A DNA stretch of 64,000 nt from the human T2T-CHM13v2.0 reference genome, Homo sapiens: the NCBI RefSeq assembly GCF_009914755.1, contig NC_060927.1; one strand, given 5' to 3'. The position numbers and the translations under genes are program-made. Below are positions 1 through 16,300 of this stretch, piece after piece (position 1 is the stretch's first letter; every line of letters begins with the position of its first letter). The notes under the pieces are model-generated. The model was not told the DNA's origin. It saw only the letters and a program-made list of their open reading frames with translations, and made no database searches.

Positions 1-326
1 TTTTCTTTGAGTCAACAAATCTGTTTCTATCTGATCTTCTCAAATAATTATTAGTTCTCCACAGTATTATAGCTGCTCTTAGCTATATATTTTTCTTCTT
101 TTACTTTCTTTGGGTTTACTTTTTTTCGTATTTTATTTAAACACTTACCATATTTAAATAAATACTATCTTTTTTATATTTTATTTACTGAATACTATGT
201 AGCAATATTTATCCCTAAATAACACTACTGCTTTAGATGCATGCCACACATGTTGATATTTATTATTTACATTATTGTTAAGCTCCACGTTTTTCTATGT
301 CTGTTAAGAAATGTTTTACTGCATAC

Positions 327-590
327 ATTATTATTATTATTATTATTTTTAATAATACTTTAAGTTTTAGGGTACAAGTGCATAACGTGCAGGTTAGTTA
401 CATATGTATACATGTGCCATGCTGGTGTGCTGCACCCAGTAACTCGTCATTTAACATTAGGTATATCTCCTAATGCTGTCCCTCCCCCCTCCCCCAACCC
501 CACAACAGTCCCCGGTGTGTGATGTTCCCCTTCCTGTGTCCACGTGTTCTCACTGTTCAATTCCCACCTATGAGTGAGAACATGCGGTGT
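327..590 (-). mobile_element. 5'-truncated young L1PA 3' end with (TAA)n-type tail
   Basis: Reverse complement of the L1PA 3' UTR (tactttaagttttagggtaca...cccacctatgagtgagaacatgcggtgt) preceded by (tta)n; inserted in an older antisense L1M fragment. Confidence 0.93.
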
Positions 591-854
591 AACTATTTAA
601 CTATGTGATTTAAAGTCTCCAAGAAAAAAATTTGTCGTTGTTATTATTTTAAAACTGTTTTGAACTGTTTTCAGAGAAATATTGGGTATGATACAATCTA
701 CGAGAATTCTTGGTAGCTGTCTTTGGAATATTAGTCATTCAAAAAGTAATTTTTCATGTCCACTTAAAACCAATAAAGTAATGTTTGTGTCCAGAAAAGT
801 CTATGTACATTTGATTAAGTTTATTGAATGTGCAAGTCAAATCTTCTATATCCA

Positions 855-1530
855 ACAGTACCAGACATCAAAACTGAGTATAAAGCTATAGGAATAAATT
901 TAGTGCAAGGATGTACAAACTGATCATTAGAACTAAAGACACTATAAAAATTGACCCAAGGTTTCCTGAATTATAAAAGTGGTAGCACTACCATTAAGAA
1001 GAGGGAATGGATGACGTTTTCAATAAATGAAATGGGGTCAACTGAATAAAAATGTAGAGAGACTATATACACACACACACTCAGACACATTGACCTCAAG
1101 TTCACAACATACAAAGAAATAAATTCCATGTGGACTGTGACTTTAAATGTGGAAGGCAAAAGAATAAACAGTGAGATTTGAGAAGACAAGTGTATCATTT
1201 TATATTTCAGTTATATAAGACAAATTATATATATCAATTATATAAGACAAAAAATATATATATCATGGTGATCTTGGTGTAGTCACAGATTTCTCAAATA
1301 GGAAACAGAAAAACAGTTAAATAATGGGGAAAATAAAGTTAACTATATTTAATTAACCACTTCCATTCATCAAAAGACACTGTTAATTACCTAATTCTGA
1401 AAAGAGGGTCTTCTATGAAAAATGTCTTTAAACCATAAAAGTTAAGAAAATTAGACAAATTAGCAGAAAAAAATCAAAACCCTTGAATGGACACTTCACA
1501 GAATGGGCCATTCAAATTTGCACTGACATA

Positions 1531-1566
<36 letters not shown>

Positions 1567-1755
1567 CCATGTATGTGTGATATATATGCTTATGACATAT
1601 ATATGTGTGACATATATGTGTGATATATATGCTTATGACAATGAAAAAAAAAACTGCAACCTGAAACCACTACAAACTTATGACAATTACTAAACTAAAA
1701 GATGCTAGAAAATACTGGTGTTAATAAGGAGATGGATCAATCAGAGCTCACAATT
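855..1755 (+). mobile_element. Ancient L1M ORF2/3' fragment, interrupted by a TA microsatellite
   Basis: Degenerate L1 ORF2 3' motifs (ttttcaataaatg, aaataaattccatgtggac, tttaaatgt, catcaaaagacactgtt). Confidence 0.6.
1526..1640. repeat. (TA)n microsatellite followed by degenerate ATATATGTGTG/ATATATGCTTATGAC units
   Basis: Direct reading. Confidence 0.9.
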
Positions 1756-1758
1756 CTT

Positions 1759-2090
1759 TGTTAAGGAAGAAATGTCCAGCACAACTCAGATTCTGTCTCC
1801 ATTCCTCCTAGAACAGGATGTTCTGCAAGACTTGTACTCAGACAGCTCAGTTGCATGCAGGTTATATAAACTCAGGATGGAGCACTTTTAGGGTCCATCA
1901 GCTGTAGTGCAATGTGGGGTACATGCAGACAAGACTCCAGTTATTTTAGGCAGCTGTTCTGAGCATTGGAGGACCACCTCACCATGAATCCTTAGCTTTT
2001 GTTTATCATTCCTGCCTATGTGTAATAAATCTGCTTTTCTTCATTTGTTGTGTAAATGTTCTTTCTCTCTGGATTCATACAATTAGCAAA
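1759..2090 (+). mobile_element. Probable old solo LTR, family not assigned
   Basis: Starts TG; TATA-like tatataaa near 1863, AATAAA near 2024, GT-rich downstream; higher GC than flanks; end uncertain. Confidence 0.4.
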
Positions 2091-2149
2091 GAATCTTTCA
2101 TTGCCCTGGCAATCAGTACTCAGTGGCCATGATGAATAAGTAGGTCAGC

Positions 2150-3835
<1,686 letters not shown>

Positions 3836-4554
3836 CTAGAAATGTAAAAATGTTACATTTTTAACATAAACATAATCTTTCAAAATTGCATCTTCTTATA
3901 TATTGTATGTAATTACAATCAATTTAATTTTGTATATTTATTTTTTATTCAGTACTCTTTCTAAATTTCATTATTATGTTAATCACTTCAATCCTTTAAA
4001 CAGTATTTAAAAATTTTATTCATTATGTTATTGTATTTCAACTTCTTGAAGAGCCAGATTCCCTTTCTAATGTGTCACACCTCCCTAGTGTTACTTTTTT
4101 TCAAAATTTCTTTTTCTGAGCTTTTATTTGTATGTGTTATTTTGTTAAACATTATTTTACCAATTTTTTTATTTTGTATCAACATTATATAAAATCAAAA
4201 TTGTAGAACTCCACTACTGTCATTATTTTAAATTTGGTTTGATTTTTTGAGATTCTCAGAACTGGAGCAATTTTTATGTGACTTAGAGATTCTTCAGTGT
4301 GACTTGGAAATTCTTACTACACATGGCTAGTATAAATAAATGTAAAATATATAAACCTTGCGATTTTGTTATCATTCTGTACATTTAAGCATACAAATTT
4401 ACAAAAAAAAAATTGTATCTATAACATTTTTCATGGTAAAAGTATCTTTCAAATATTTACGTAGTCCTCTATTAAAATGTTAACCATTATAATAATCAAT
4501 TTATGAATCCATTATATAATTTTTACTGCAAGAATAACTTGATTTAGCACTTAT

Positions 4555-4999
4555 TTTATTATTCCCTTAGGCTGCTGTAATAAAGTTCCATGAACTAGAT
4601 GGCTTAAAATAACAAAAAAAATATTATTTCATAGTTCAGAGACCTGGCTATTTAAAATCAAGATGCTGGCAGGGTTGGATCCTTCTGAGACCTGTGAGGG
4701 AGAATGTGTTCTGTGCCTCTTTTCTAGCTTTTGACGGCTGCTGGCAGTTTGGCATTACTTAACTTTCAGATGCATCATTTCAATATCTACCTTGATCTTC
4801 ACATGATATTCTCTTTTTTTGTTGTTTATATGATATTATTATTATGAGGACACTAGTAGGAGCTGACTCTATATGACCTCATCTTAACTAATTATATTTG
4901 CAATGAGCCTATTTCCAAATAAGATAATATTCTAATGTACAAGGGATTAAGACTTCAACATATCTTTTATAGGAGTGGGAGCACAATTCTGCTCATAAC
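4555..4999 (-). mobile_element. MaLR solo LTR (MLT1B/C-like)
   Basis: ggctgctgtaataaagttccat..ggcttaaaataac, aatcaagatgctggcaggg, tatgacctcatcttaactaatt, tttccaaataag, gacttcaacatatc. Confidence 0.85.
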
Positions 5000-5964
5000 T
5001 TTGGTAAACATTGTACTTAATAGATAATCCTTATAGTTTATCCACTTTTAATTTATGACAACTATAACAATTTTATTTTGTTCATTGAACTTTTGACTTA
5101 AAGTTTCATGTATTTAGCATGTACAGCCTGGATCTCATTACCCTTTTTGTTTCAAGTCAAAACATTTCCAATTTCCTAATAGTTCTTTTTCTCCCCTAAG
5201 GAAAACTATGCAAATTCAAGTCAGAATTCTAAAAGATTATTCTAACCATCACCATGTCCAATATATTTACATTGCTATAAATTCCTTATATTAGATATGT
5301 TTAACTCTAGTCTCTTCCATTTAGGTCTTCTACAAGAATCTAAATCTAAGTGATAATATCAATCTTTTACAGAAATTAAATGTGCTTGGGGTATCCAGAT
5401 TGCCTCTTCCCCTCCTCATGATTTCAACACATTCGTCACAAAGCAACTACAATTTTAAAACATAAAAAATAATAAAGTCATTTACTCAGGTGAAGCATGT
5501 CACTGGCTACCACTGTGGCCCTCAAAGTATTGTATTATCTGGCTTTTTCCAACCTCGCTATTCTTATATCATGCTAATCACTGTCTTCAGTTTAATCTAT
5601 AATCACATGCTTTTTAAAGTTTCTAATGGTTGTTTTCTTCCTGTCCATTTTCACTTGCTGTTTATTATTCCAAAAATCTTATACCCTACCCTAACCTCTA
5701 CTTCCTCACATACTGAATTGAATAGCACGCTTCAGTTTAATGGGTTTTTCCCTCTGGAAATCTTTCTTGATCTTGGAGTCCAGCTAACATTTTATAGCAT
5801 GTATCTTTCTCTCTAAAATTGACACAACTTTAATATATGATTTATTCTAGTAAAAAGAGTTCATTATTTCTCTCTTTAACATTTGAACTACAGTAAACTA
5901 AAAGCTTTTAGAAATTTAGGTAGAAGTAACATTAGATTTGAATCCTTCTGTAATCTCAGACAAG

Positions 5965-6415
5965 CAGCTGCTTGGATATACATTTAGCATTCAATATCAA
6001 CTTGCTGAATGAATGACCATCTATATGCTGATAACCTCCAAATCTATACCCAACTCCAGGCACAATGTTTCCACATAAATGTCCCATGAACTTCTTAAAC
6101 TACGTATCTGTAATTTTCACTCGTAATTGCTAAACAAGAAATGTCTGTTGTTGTCTTACTCCTTATTCATCCTCACATACCACACCAAAACCTACAAAAA
6201 TCCCAATTTTTTTTTCTGAGATATAGTCTAAATTCATCCACTCCTCTGCATTCCTGTTACGCCACTTTACAACACTCTTACTCATTAAATACATACTGCA
6301 AAAGCTTCCTAGTTGGACTTTCAGGAACAGTGTTGACACCATATAAACTATTCTTTTACAGCAAATTGATGTTTGGTTTTTAGGCACATCTTGTCTCTCA
6401 CACACCTGCTTTATA
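5965..6415 (+). mobile_element. L2 fragments
   Basis: L2 3' end (tgctgaatgaatga) and internal motif ccatctatatgctgataacctccaaatctata. Confidence 0.65.
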
Positions 6416-6418
6416 TTC

Positions 6419-6783
6419 CTTTTTTTTAATACTTTAAGTTTTAGGGTACATGTGCACAACGTGCAGGTTTGTTACATATGTATACATGTGCCATGTTGGT
6501 GTGCTGCACCCATTAACTCGTCATTTAACATTAGGTATATTTCCTAATGCTATCCCTCCCCCCTCCCCCCACCCCACAACAGTCCCCGGTGTGTGATGTT
6601 CCCCTTCCTGTGTCCATGTGTTCTCATTGTTCAATTCCCACCTATGAGTGAGAACATGCGGTGTATGGTTTTTTGTCCATGCGATAGTTTGCTGAGAATG
6701 ATGGTTTCTAGCTTCATCCATGTCCCTACAAAGGACATGAACTCATCATTTTTTATGGCTGCACAGTATCCCATGGTGTATAT
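6419..6783 (-). mobile_element. 5'-truncated young L1PA 3' end
   Basis: Close match to the reverse complement of the L1PA 3' UTR and ORF2 end with a poly-T head. Confidence 0.95.
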
Positions 6784-6851
6784 AATAACTTCCAATTTTC
6801 CTTAAATTCCAAGAGGTTTAAAGGCCCTATGCTATTAAGAAGGTGTTAGTT

Positions 6852-7160
6852 GGCAGGGCGCTGTGGCTCATGCCTGTAATCTCAGCACTTCGGTAGGCCA
6901 AGGAGGGGTGGATCGCCTGAGGTCAAGAGTTCGAGACCAGTCTGGCCAACATAGTGACCCCATCTCTACTAAAAATACAAAACAAAATTAGCTGGGCATG
7001 GTGGCAGTCACCTGTAATCCCATCTACTCAGGAGGCTGAGGCAGGATAATCATTTGAACCCAGGAGGTGGAGGTGGAGTTTGCAGTGAGCTGAGATCGCA
7101 CCATTGCACACCAGCCTGGGCAACAAGAGTGAAACTCTGTTTAAAAAAAAAAAAAAAAAA
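6852..7160 (+). mobile_element. AluS
   Basis: Dimeric Alu with A18 tail; degenerate TSD aaggtgttagt/aagatgttact. Confidence 0.95.
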
Positions 7161-7199
7161 GATGTTACTCATAATTTAAAAAGTTGATTTTTTATGTGT

Positions 7200-7855
7200 G
7201 TAGTAGTGTAACATTGTTTAATTTGCAATTGAACATCTTTTTATATGCTTATTTGCCATCTCTATATTTTCTTTGATGAGTTAAGATCTTTTGTCCATTT
7301 TTAAATTTTGAAACAGAGTCCTTAATTAGGTACCTCTTTTGTAAATATTTTCTTCCTATCTATGGCTTGTCTTTTCATTTTCTTAACAAGTCCTTTCTCA
7401 GAGCAGAATGATCTTATTTTAATAAAGTCTAGCTTTTCAATTATTTATTCCACGGAATGTGCTTTTGGTGTCATATTTAAAAAATCATTGTCAAGCCTAA
7501 GGTCATCTAGATTTTATCCTATGTTACCTCCTAAGAGTTTAATAGTTTGACTTTTAGATATAGGTCTATGATCCATTTTGAGTTAATTTTTTAAGATTTG
7601 TACCTAGAATCATTTTTGTGTGTGTGTAAGAATGCTCACTTATTCCAGCACCATTTGTTGAAAGCAGTTTCTTTTCCCCATTGTATTGCCTTTATTCCTT
7701 TGTCAAAGATGAGTTGACTACAGTACTTTTGGTCTAATTCTGGATTCTCTATTCTGTTGTATTGATATATTTGTCTATTCTTTTCCCTGATATTATACTG
7801 TCTTGATTACTGTGGCTTTACAGAAGAATTACAGTTGGGTAATATCTCTCCTCTT
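7200..7855 (-). mobile_element. L1MA/MB ORF2 3' fragment
   Basis: tatgcttatttgccatc, ggtctatgatccattttgagttaatttt, ttccagcaccatttgttgaa, tcttgattactgt. Confidence 0.85.
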
Positions 7856-8319
7856 CAATGATCTTTTAATTCATTTCCTTTTTTTTTTTCATTCCTGCCT
7901 CCCCATGCCAATTTCATTCCTTAGAGAACTCTGAGAGTAATTCTTTTAAAAATAAGTGAAACAATATAACTTGCCTACAGAAAAACTTTCAATAAGTTCC
8001 TTTTCTCTTAGAATAAAATATATGATTAACACAATCATCCGAAGGCCCTGCATTATCTGACCTCTGCCTTCATCTTTAGCTTTGTAGTCACCCACATCAC
8101 TCTTTCCTCACAGTCATTTTGACTTTTTAAAATTTCTATTATATAACAAAATATTTCCCCTCAATGGGTCTTTATACTTGCTTTTGGGGGTTTCTGATGT
8201 TGTTTCCTTCTCTATTAGCCTGGCGGTTTTCTACTCATGTATAATTCAAGTCAAGTCTCCTTCAAAAAGAAGATCTTCTGAACACATAATTTTGTTCCTT
8301 CTTTTTACATAGTGTGAAT

Positions 8320-9442
<1,123 letters not shown>

Positions 9443-9729
9443 ATTTGTTGAAGGTTTTTTTTCTTCTTATCACTAAGATCAGTGAAGCAGTTCATTATGC
9501 TCAGACTGTAACACAACAAAATATAGATGATTATTTAAATATCTAATTTAATGAATGAGTACATTTTGAATGTTAAAAAATGAAAATTACATCTCTAATG
9601 CATTAATCTTCCAATAGATTATTTTTCATGATTTACAATCTGTGGAGGCATCACACAAGTATCTTGTCTTCTGAATTTCAATCATTTCTGAATTAGTCAC
9701 TTTAACTAAGATAAAACATAAGACGATTC

Positions 9730-10010
9730 ATACTACTTTGTTCAAATTCTCCACTGGCTTCCCATCTCACTCAGAGTACAAGCCAACAGTCTCACAATAT
9801 GGCCCTTGGTTACTGTCTCTCTGATCTTGCCTCTCTCTTCCTCATTCCATCCTTTACAGTCCTAAAACGCACCAGTCACCCTTTTCTCTCAGACTACTTA
9901 GAGCTGCTTTTCTGCTTTCCTGGAATGTCCCAGAAATTTGTATGTTTCTGTGCTTCATCAAGTTCATTACTCAAATTGTGATCTTCTCTGTATTACCTTT
10001 CCTTGCCATG
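9730..10010 (+). mobile_element. L2 fragment
   Basis: tggcttcccatctcactcagagta..cacaatatggcc. Confidence 0.6.
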
Positions 10011-12139
10011 TGAGCTAATAATGCAATCTTGATCTCACAACTCATTTGGATATGAACTTTTGGAATTCTGTATATTGGTGTGCAGGGATGTGTTGGCATG
10101 TGTATATTTGCAAGCTTTTTGTTTCAGAATGATGGCATAAGACACGAATATATCACTATGTGGCTCAATGTGAATAGTGTAACTGGTGCATTTTTATTTT
10201 ATATTTTTGGGTAAAATACCATGCCTCAAAAAAATGATAGAAAAACATACACTAGAGGATTAGCACCAATTAGAAAATGTGTTATTTAATAAATTGATGA
10301 AAAATATGGAAAAATAGAAAGGTGCTCTGAGGTAGTAGTCATCTTTTAAATATTCTTTAGATTGTAAGTGTAATCAGTAGCATAATTAATGAATTATAAA
10401 TTTTTATAAATATATTCTTCATATTTTAATATCTTTGACAAATAACTATGTTTTAGAATAGGTTTTCAGTCTTGACTAAATGCAAAGAAAATTGTTCTAT
10501 GACTTATTGTAGTCTTTTCCATCAGTATAATTGTGTGAAGTACTATTCTTTGGAGGACGTATAAGAAAATAAGCAAAAGATTAGCAGCAAATTCTAGCAT
10601 AAGTGGATTAGCCATCTGAGCAGTCTTGAAGGTAATCCTTTTTATTTGGGAGAAAAACATCTAATTGGAGAATTTATACATCTGTGGTATTAGCTTTATT
10701 AACAAAAGAAAATTGATAAAAGCAACGAGTCTCAATTCCATTTCTGGAATATTAACATTATTTCAGTATTTGGGCTTGAAAGTTATCCTTGTAACTATGT
10801 GTGAAGTCTTAAAATTAATCACACGATTGTTTGTATGTACAGAACAATTGCTGGCCCTTTATCTCAACTATAATTTACTGGAAGTTTATGAATCTCATGT
10901 TTAAATTCAGAGTAAAATTTAATCCTAACCAATATACAAATTTATCAGCTCCATAATTTAAATGGTTGCTTTTTTACCTTTATTCTTTAAAGAACAATTG
11001 TCCCTGCTGGGCTCCAAACTGGTATAAGGAGATAATGTAATGAGGCTTTTATGATCTTCTGATGTAGATAAGGGAACCTAAGGCCTCTTTCTGGTCCTTA
11101 GGTGTGGGTGATGTGATAATGTTTGAGACATGAACTTCTCAGGACATTGTGCTGCCATTCAAGGTTGGTATGTGGGACTACTGTTAAAGGAACTCCTTGA
11201 GCTTGATAGATAGAGCCTGTTGGCAGCTCGTTGGAAGGCATGGCCTTTCTTTAGCTCTAATGAAACACTATCATGTTCTCTATGCATCCCTTTGGTCTAT
11301 GATATTCACTCATGTACATTTCCTTAGTAGACTTTCTAGACCTAAATGCAGCAATCTGAGTAAGTTTTTAACACATAATTTAAGGATAGTGCAACTACAT
11401 TCAACACATTTTCATCCCAACATGTCATCTTCTTATCTCTACAATAGATTCAAGGGAATCCATATTGCCTTGAGTTGACCAGGAACCAAAGTCTTCTGAG
11501 TACCAAGACACATACAAATGGATTTATACCTTTTTCTCCTACTCAAAATTTCAGATAAAAAAGGAAGAAATATTATCTTATATCTTCCTTCCTTACCACT
11601 CAAGCTCTTTGGTTAATCCTTTCAGACACATTAATTTATTTATATTAAAGAACTCATCATTTATTTTTCCAATTGTGTATCAAGCTTTACTAAAGCAGCA
11701 CATACATATTAAAACACATTGTCTTTGTTTAGGGATAGATTTTTTTCAGGTCAAATATCTTTCTAAAGACATTGAAATTCCACGTTCTTAAGCTTTTGGG
11801 TGATAATATTTATGATTTCACCTCAGTACTGAAAGAGCACAAAGAAACATCAAGAGTTAGATTAAACTGCATCCATGTAATTTTTTTTAGTACTTTCTCT
11901 AGTATAAATCTTGCTGACTCTACAAAGTCTAGCTTCAGAAATTATAGACCCCCAATAAAGTGGGAGCTAGATCTTTATTCCGAACTAATTTGCATCCCTG
12001 AGGCACTTCATGTTTTTCTTGATCAAACTGGTTACTGAGTTTTACCTTATATCTAGTCAGATCCTCAGAATAATGTTTTTTTAAAATAAAGGTCATAATC
12101 CATTTTATTTGTCATTAAATTAAATTTATGTGATTCAGT

Positions 12140-12365
12140 TGAAAGAAAAAGAGAAAGGAAAGAAAGAAGTAAAGAAGGAAGGAAAAAGAAAGAAAGAAAG
12201 AAAGGAGAGAAAGAAAAGAGAAAGACAGGGAGGACAGTAAATATAAAGAGAAAAAAGAGGAAGAAATGAAGAAAGGGAAAGAAAGAAAAAAAGGAGAAAA
12301 AGAAGGGAAGAAAGCTGGAATAATGAAAAAGGAAAAATAGAGGAAAGAATAAAATAAAATAGAAA
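12140..12365. repeat. Polypurine (GA-rich) low-complexity tract
   Basis: About 225 nt almost entirely A/G. Confidence 0.9.
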
Positions 12366-12425
12366 TGCGATGAGTAACATAATTTTTTTGTTTCAGTCAT
12401 ATACATATTTCTGAGTGAAATTTTA

Positions 12426-12427
<2 letters not shown>

Positions 12428-12467
<40 letters not shown>
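12428..12467. repeat. (GT)n microsatellite
   Basis: Direct reading, about 20 units. Confidence 0.97.
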
Positions 12468-12469
<2 letters not shown>

Positions 12470-13311
12470 CATGAATAATAAGCATGACATTATGAGGGAT
12501 TTTAGTTAAAACCAGAAGTATAGATTTATGAGTCAGTATCTCAGTACCAATCTCTTTCCTCGTTCCCCTTAGGTTGTGCTTTTCATTTCTGTCCTACAGT
12601 CTGATTAGAAAGGGATGCATACCATCTGGTTGAGATTACAAGAAACAGCATGGTATCATCTTCTGACTGCCTGGAATCTCTCAAAGTAACTTTGCCTAGT
12701 GGATGATTAATTTGTAGTCTCTTTCTGTCTCTCACGATTGATTTCCTTTTTCAATGCACTGTCTATATACAGTTCACAGCTCATTTTAGCCTGAAACACC
12801 ACTATTGGAATTGGGTCTTCCTCATTAATAAGTTATGGCCAAGATATATTTGTATGACATCAAACCCACCAAACAGGAAACTACTTCAATCCAACCCAGA
12901 TATAATACTAGCCTATCATTATTTTTCATCTCAGTATAACATGCAATTTATGTATACCTATTAGTCATCAGGGACCTGGTTTCCTCATCATTATATTAAG
13001 GGGCTTAAATTATCTTAAACTCTATTATAGTTTACCTTGTTTCTCAACTAACCAATAGTAACAAGAATCCAAAATTCCACAGTGGTAGATTTCCATCTTA
13101 CCCCACCCCACCCACACAAAATATTTAGATTTGTGTGCTTAACATAGGTTACTTTGATAGATGAAGCAATTATATTTGGTAGTAAAGGCAAATAGTTTGT
13201 TGGTGATTGATAGAATAAGAAGAATGCTGTGGCAAGTAACAGAGATAATCAGGTAATAGCAAAGCAGAGGGTCTGAGGCCAGAAGAGTTAATAATTTCAA
13301 AGTGGGTCAGG

Positions 13312-16300
13312 ATGGGGGAGGGCAAGATGGCCGACTAGAGTCAGATACGTGGAAGAGCTTTCACAGAGGGACTGAGATGACAGGTGTGCTTTTAAAAGCT
13401 CTTCAAAGGAAAGAAGCCAAGAGTCGACAGAATAAGACAGAAGTTGAGCTCAAGGGGGAAAAATCTGGGAACTCTGCAGGGGCTATTGAGCACTGGGACT
13501 CATTTTTGAACCACAACAGCTCCAGGGGAATGGGTGAGTTGAACTGGCAAGGAGCAACCTGCTTTCGCCATGGGCCTTTGGATCCCTGGCAGGAGGGGAT
13601 CCCTCAAACACCAAGGACACATGAATTGGCAAGGGGAGCTGCATAGAGAAGTTCTGGGGCAGCAAGCCAGCTGATATGGAGCACAGATGATTTGGTGTGG
13701 GTGTGTCTGTAGTGCAACACCAGGAATGGCCATCCTTCTAGGCTCAACTTGCTCCCATAAGAGACTTTAGCCCTAGAGTAACAGTCAAACCTGATCTCTG
13801 CAGGGTGGCCTTGCACATCAGATGGGGCTGGTCTCACCTAAACACTCCTTAGTCTGCTGACCTCTTCCAGGCCACAGCCTGGCCACACGTGCTTATAGGG
13901 CAGTCTCAGATGTTCTGAGGGCCCTCAGTATAGCTTCAGCACCTGTGGATCATGCCTGGGGAGAGCTCCAGTGAGGCAGTCCCTGGAACCACATACCAGC
14001 CTGCACATTCCCTCTCCATACTGTACAACAACTACACCCATCACTTTGCTGGCCTGCATCTGCGTGGGTGGGTTTTTCTTTTCTTGCCCTGTAAGTATTC
14101 AGAAGTGTAGTCTACCCACCCCCAACTGCCATTGCGGATGAAGCCTTGGTGGGCGGAGAGCTAGCAAGCCCCACCTCCACCAGCATCTGACCCTTATGCT
14201 AATGCTACACAGAGAACAAGGGATCCTCTCACACACTGTGTGATTACTCTAGTTTGTGGGGCACAGAGAAGGCACCCAGATTTATGCTGCCTAGCACATC
14301 AACCCAAGCCAACTCTACCTCCAGTGCAACAGTGCACACAATCTCTAGCAGGGACCCCCTGCTCCCACCCCCCAATCATCCGTTTTGCCTCCCCCACTGT
14401 GGTGAGTGCCCAGAAGGAGGCAGGAACCCCTGCATCCACTAGCACTCTACTGCAGCTGCCTCACCTCAGCAACGCCAGCACAATGGACTCCAAACCTTGA
14501 GGAGCCAGAGAAAAACATGGGAGTCAAGTACAAGTTCCTCAAAGAGCACTCAGTCCAGGAGTTGGGAACTGAGAGTTGGCCCTCTAAAATTTCCCAGAAA
14601 TGAAGCCAGTTGACTGAATCTACCTTATACCACAGTCAAACCCTCCAGGTCATCAAATAGGATAAAAGAAAATAAAAAACATCCAAACGTCAACAGCCCC
14701 AAAGATTGAAGGTAGATAAGCCCATAAATATTATAGTCAGTGCAAGAATGCTGAATCCAAAAAGCCAGAATGCCTTATTTCCTTCAAACGAACACATCAC
14801 CTCACCAGCAACAGGTTGAGACTGGGCTGAGGCTGAGATGGCTGAAATGACAGAGGTAGAATTCAGAATATAGACAAAAACAAAGTTCACCGTGTTGTAG
14901 GAGTATGTTGAAACCCAATGCAAGGAAAATAAAAATCATGATACATTGCAGGAGCTGACAGACAAAATAGCCAGTACAGAGAAGAATGTAACTAATCTGA
15001 AAGAGCTAAAAAACACACTACAAAAATTTCATAATTCAGTCACAAGCATTAACAGTAGAATAGACCAAGTGGAAGAAAGAATCTCAGAGCTTAAAGACTG
15101 CCTTTCTAAAATAAGACAGGCAGACTAGAATAAAGAATACAGAATGAAAGAAAATGAATAATACATTAGGATTATGTCAAGAGACAATATATGACTGATT
15201 GGTGTACCTGAAAAAGATGGGGAAAACAGAACCAACTTGAAAAATATATTTCAGGCTATCATCCATGAGAATGTCCCCAAGTTGGCTAGAAAGCTAACAT
15301 TGAATTTCAGGAAATGCAGAAAACCCCAGTCAGATACTTCACAAGGAGATCATCCCCAACACACATAATCAGCAGATTCCCCAAGGTCAAAATGAAAGAA
15401 ATAATGTTAAGGGCAGTTAGAGAGAAAGGTCAGATTGTGTACAAAAGTAAGCCCATCAGACTAACAGCAGACTTCTCAGCTGAAACCCTAAAAGCCAGAA
15501 GATATTCGGTGCCAATGTACAACATTCTTAAAGAAAAAAAGTCCATCCCAGAATTTCATATCTGGCCAAGCTAAGCTTCCTAAGTGATGAAGAAATTAGA
15601 TCCTTTCACATAAGCAAATGCCGAGGGAATTTGTTACCTCCAGACCTGTCTTACAAGAGCTCCCTAAAGAAGTATTCAATATGGAAAGGAAAGATCATTA
15701 CCAGCCAGTATAAAACCACAGAAGTGTACAGAACAGTATACAGAACAGTAAAGCAACCACATAAACAATTCTTCAAATAACCAGCTAACATCATGATGAC
15801 AGGATAAAACCCACACGTATCAATACTAACCTTAAATGTAAATGGGCTAAATGCCCCAATTAAAAGACACAGAGTGACAAGTTGGATAAGGAACTAAGAG
15901 CCATTGATATGCTGTCTTCAAGAGACCCATCTCACATGCAATGATACACATAGGCTCAAAATAAAGGGATGAAGAAAAATCTACCAAGTAAATGGGAAAC
16001 AGGAAAAAAGCAGGAGTTGAAGTACTAGTTTCTGACAGAACAGACTTTAAACCAACAAAGATTAAAAAAGACAAAGAAGATTGTTACATAATGAAAAAGT
16101 GTTCCATTCAGCAAGAAGACCTAACTATACTAAATATATATTAACTCTTTCTATAATAAGGCAGGCAGACAAGAATAAAGAAAAAAATGAAAGGAAATGG
16201 ATAAAACGTTTAAGAAATATGGGATTATGTAAAGAGACTGAATCTATGACTGATTGGTGTACCTGAAAGACATGGGAAAAATGGAACCAACTTGGAAAAC

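Noticed and set aside
10990-11500. Slightly GC-richer unique block with a 93-aa ORF (11197-11478)
   Set aside because: No recognisable domain, splice pattern or repeat family; could be an ancient repeat but cannot be supported.
12065-12490. 141-aa Phe/Leu/Ser-rich ORF resembling a membrane protein
   Set aside because: Translation of the polypyrimidine strand of a low-complexity tract plus (CA)n.
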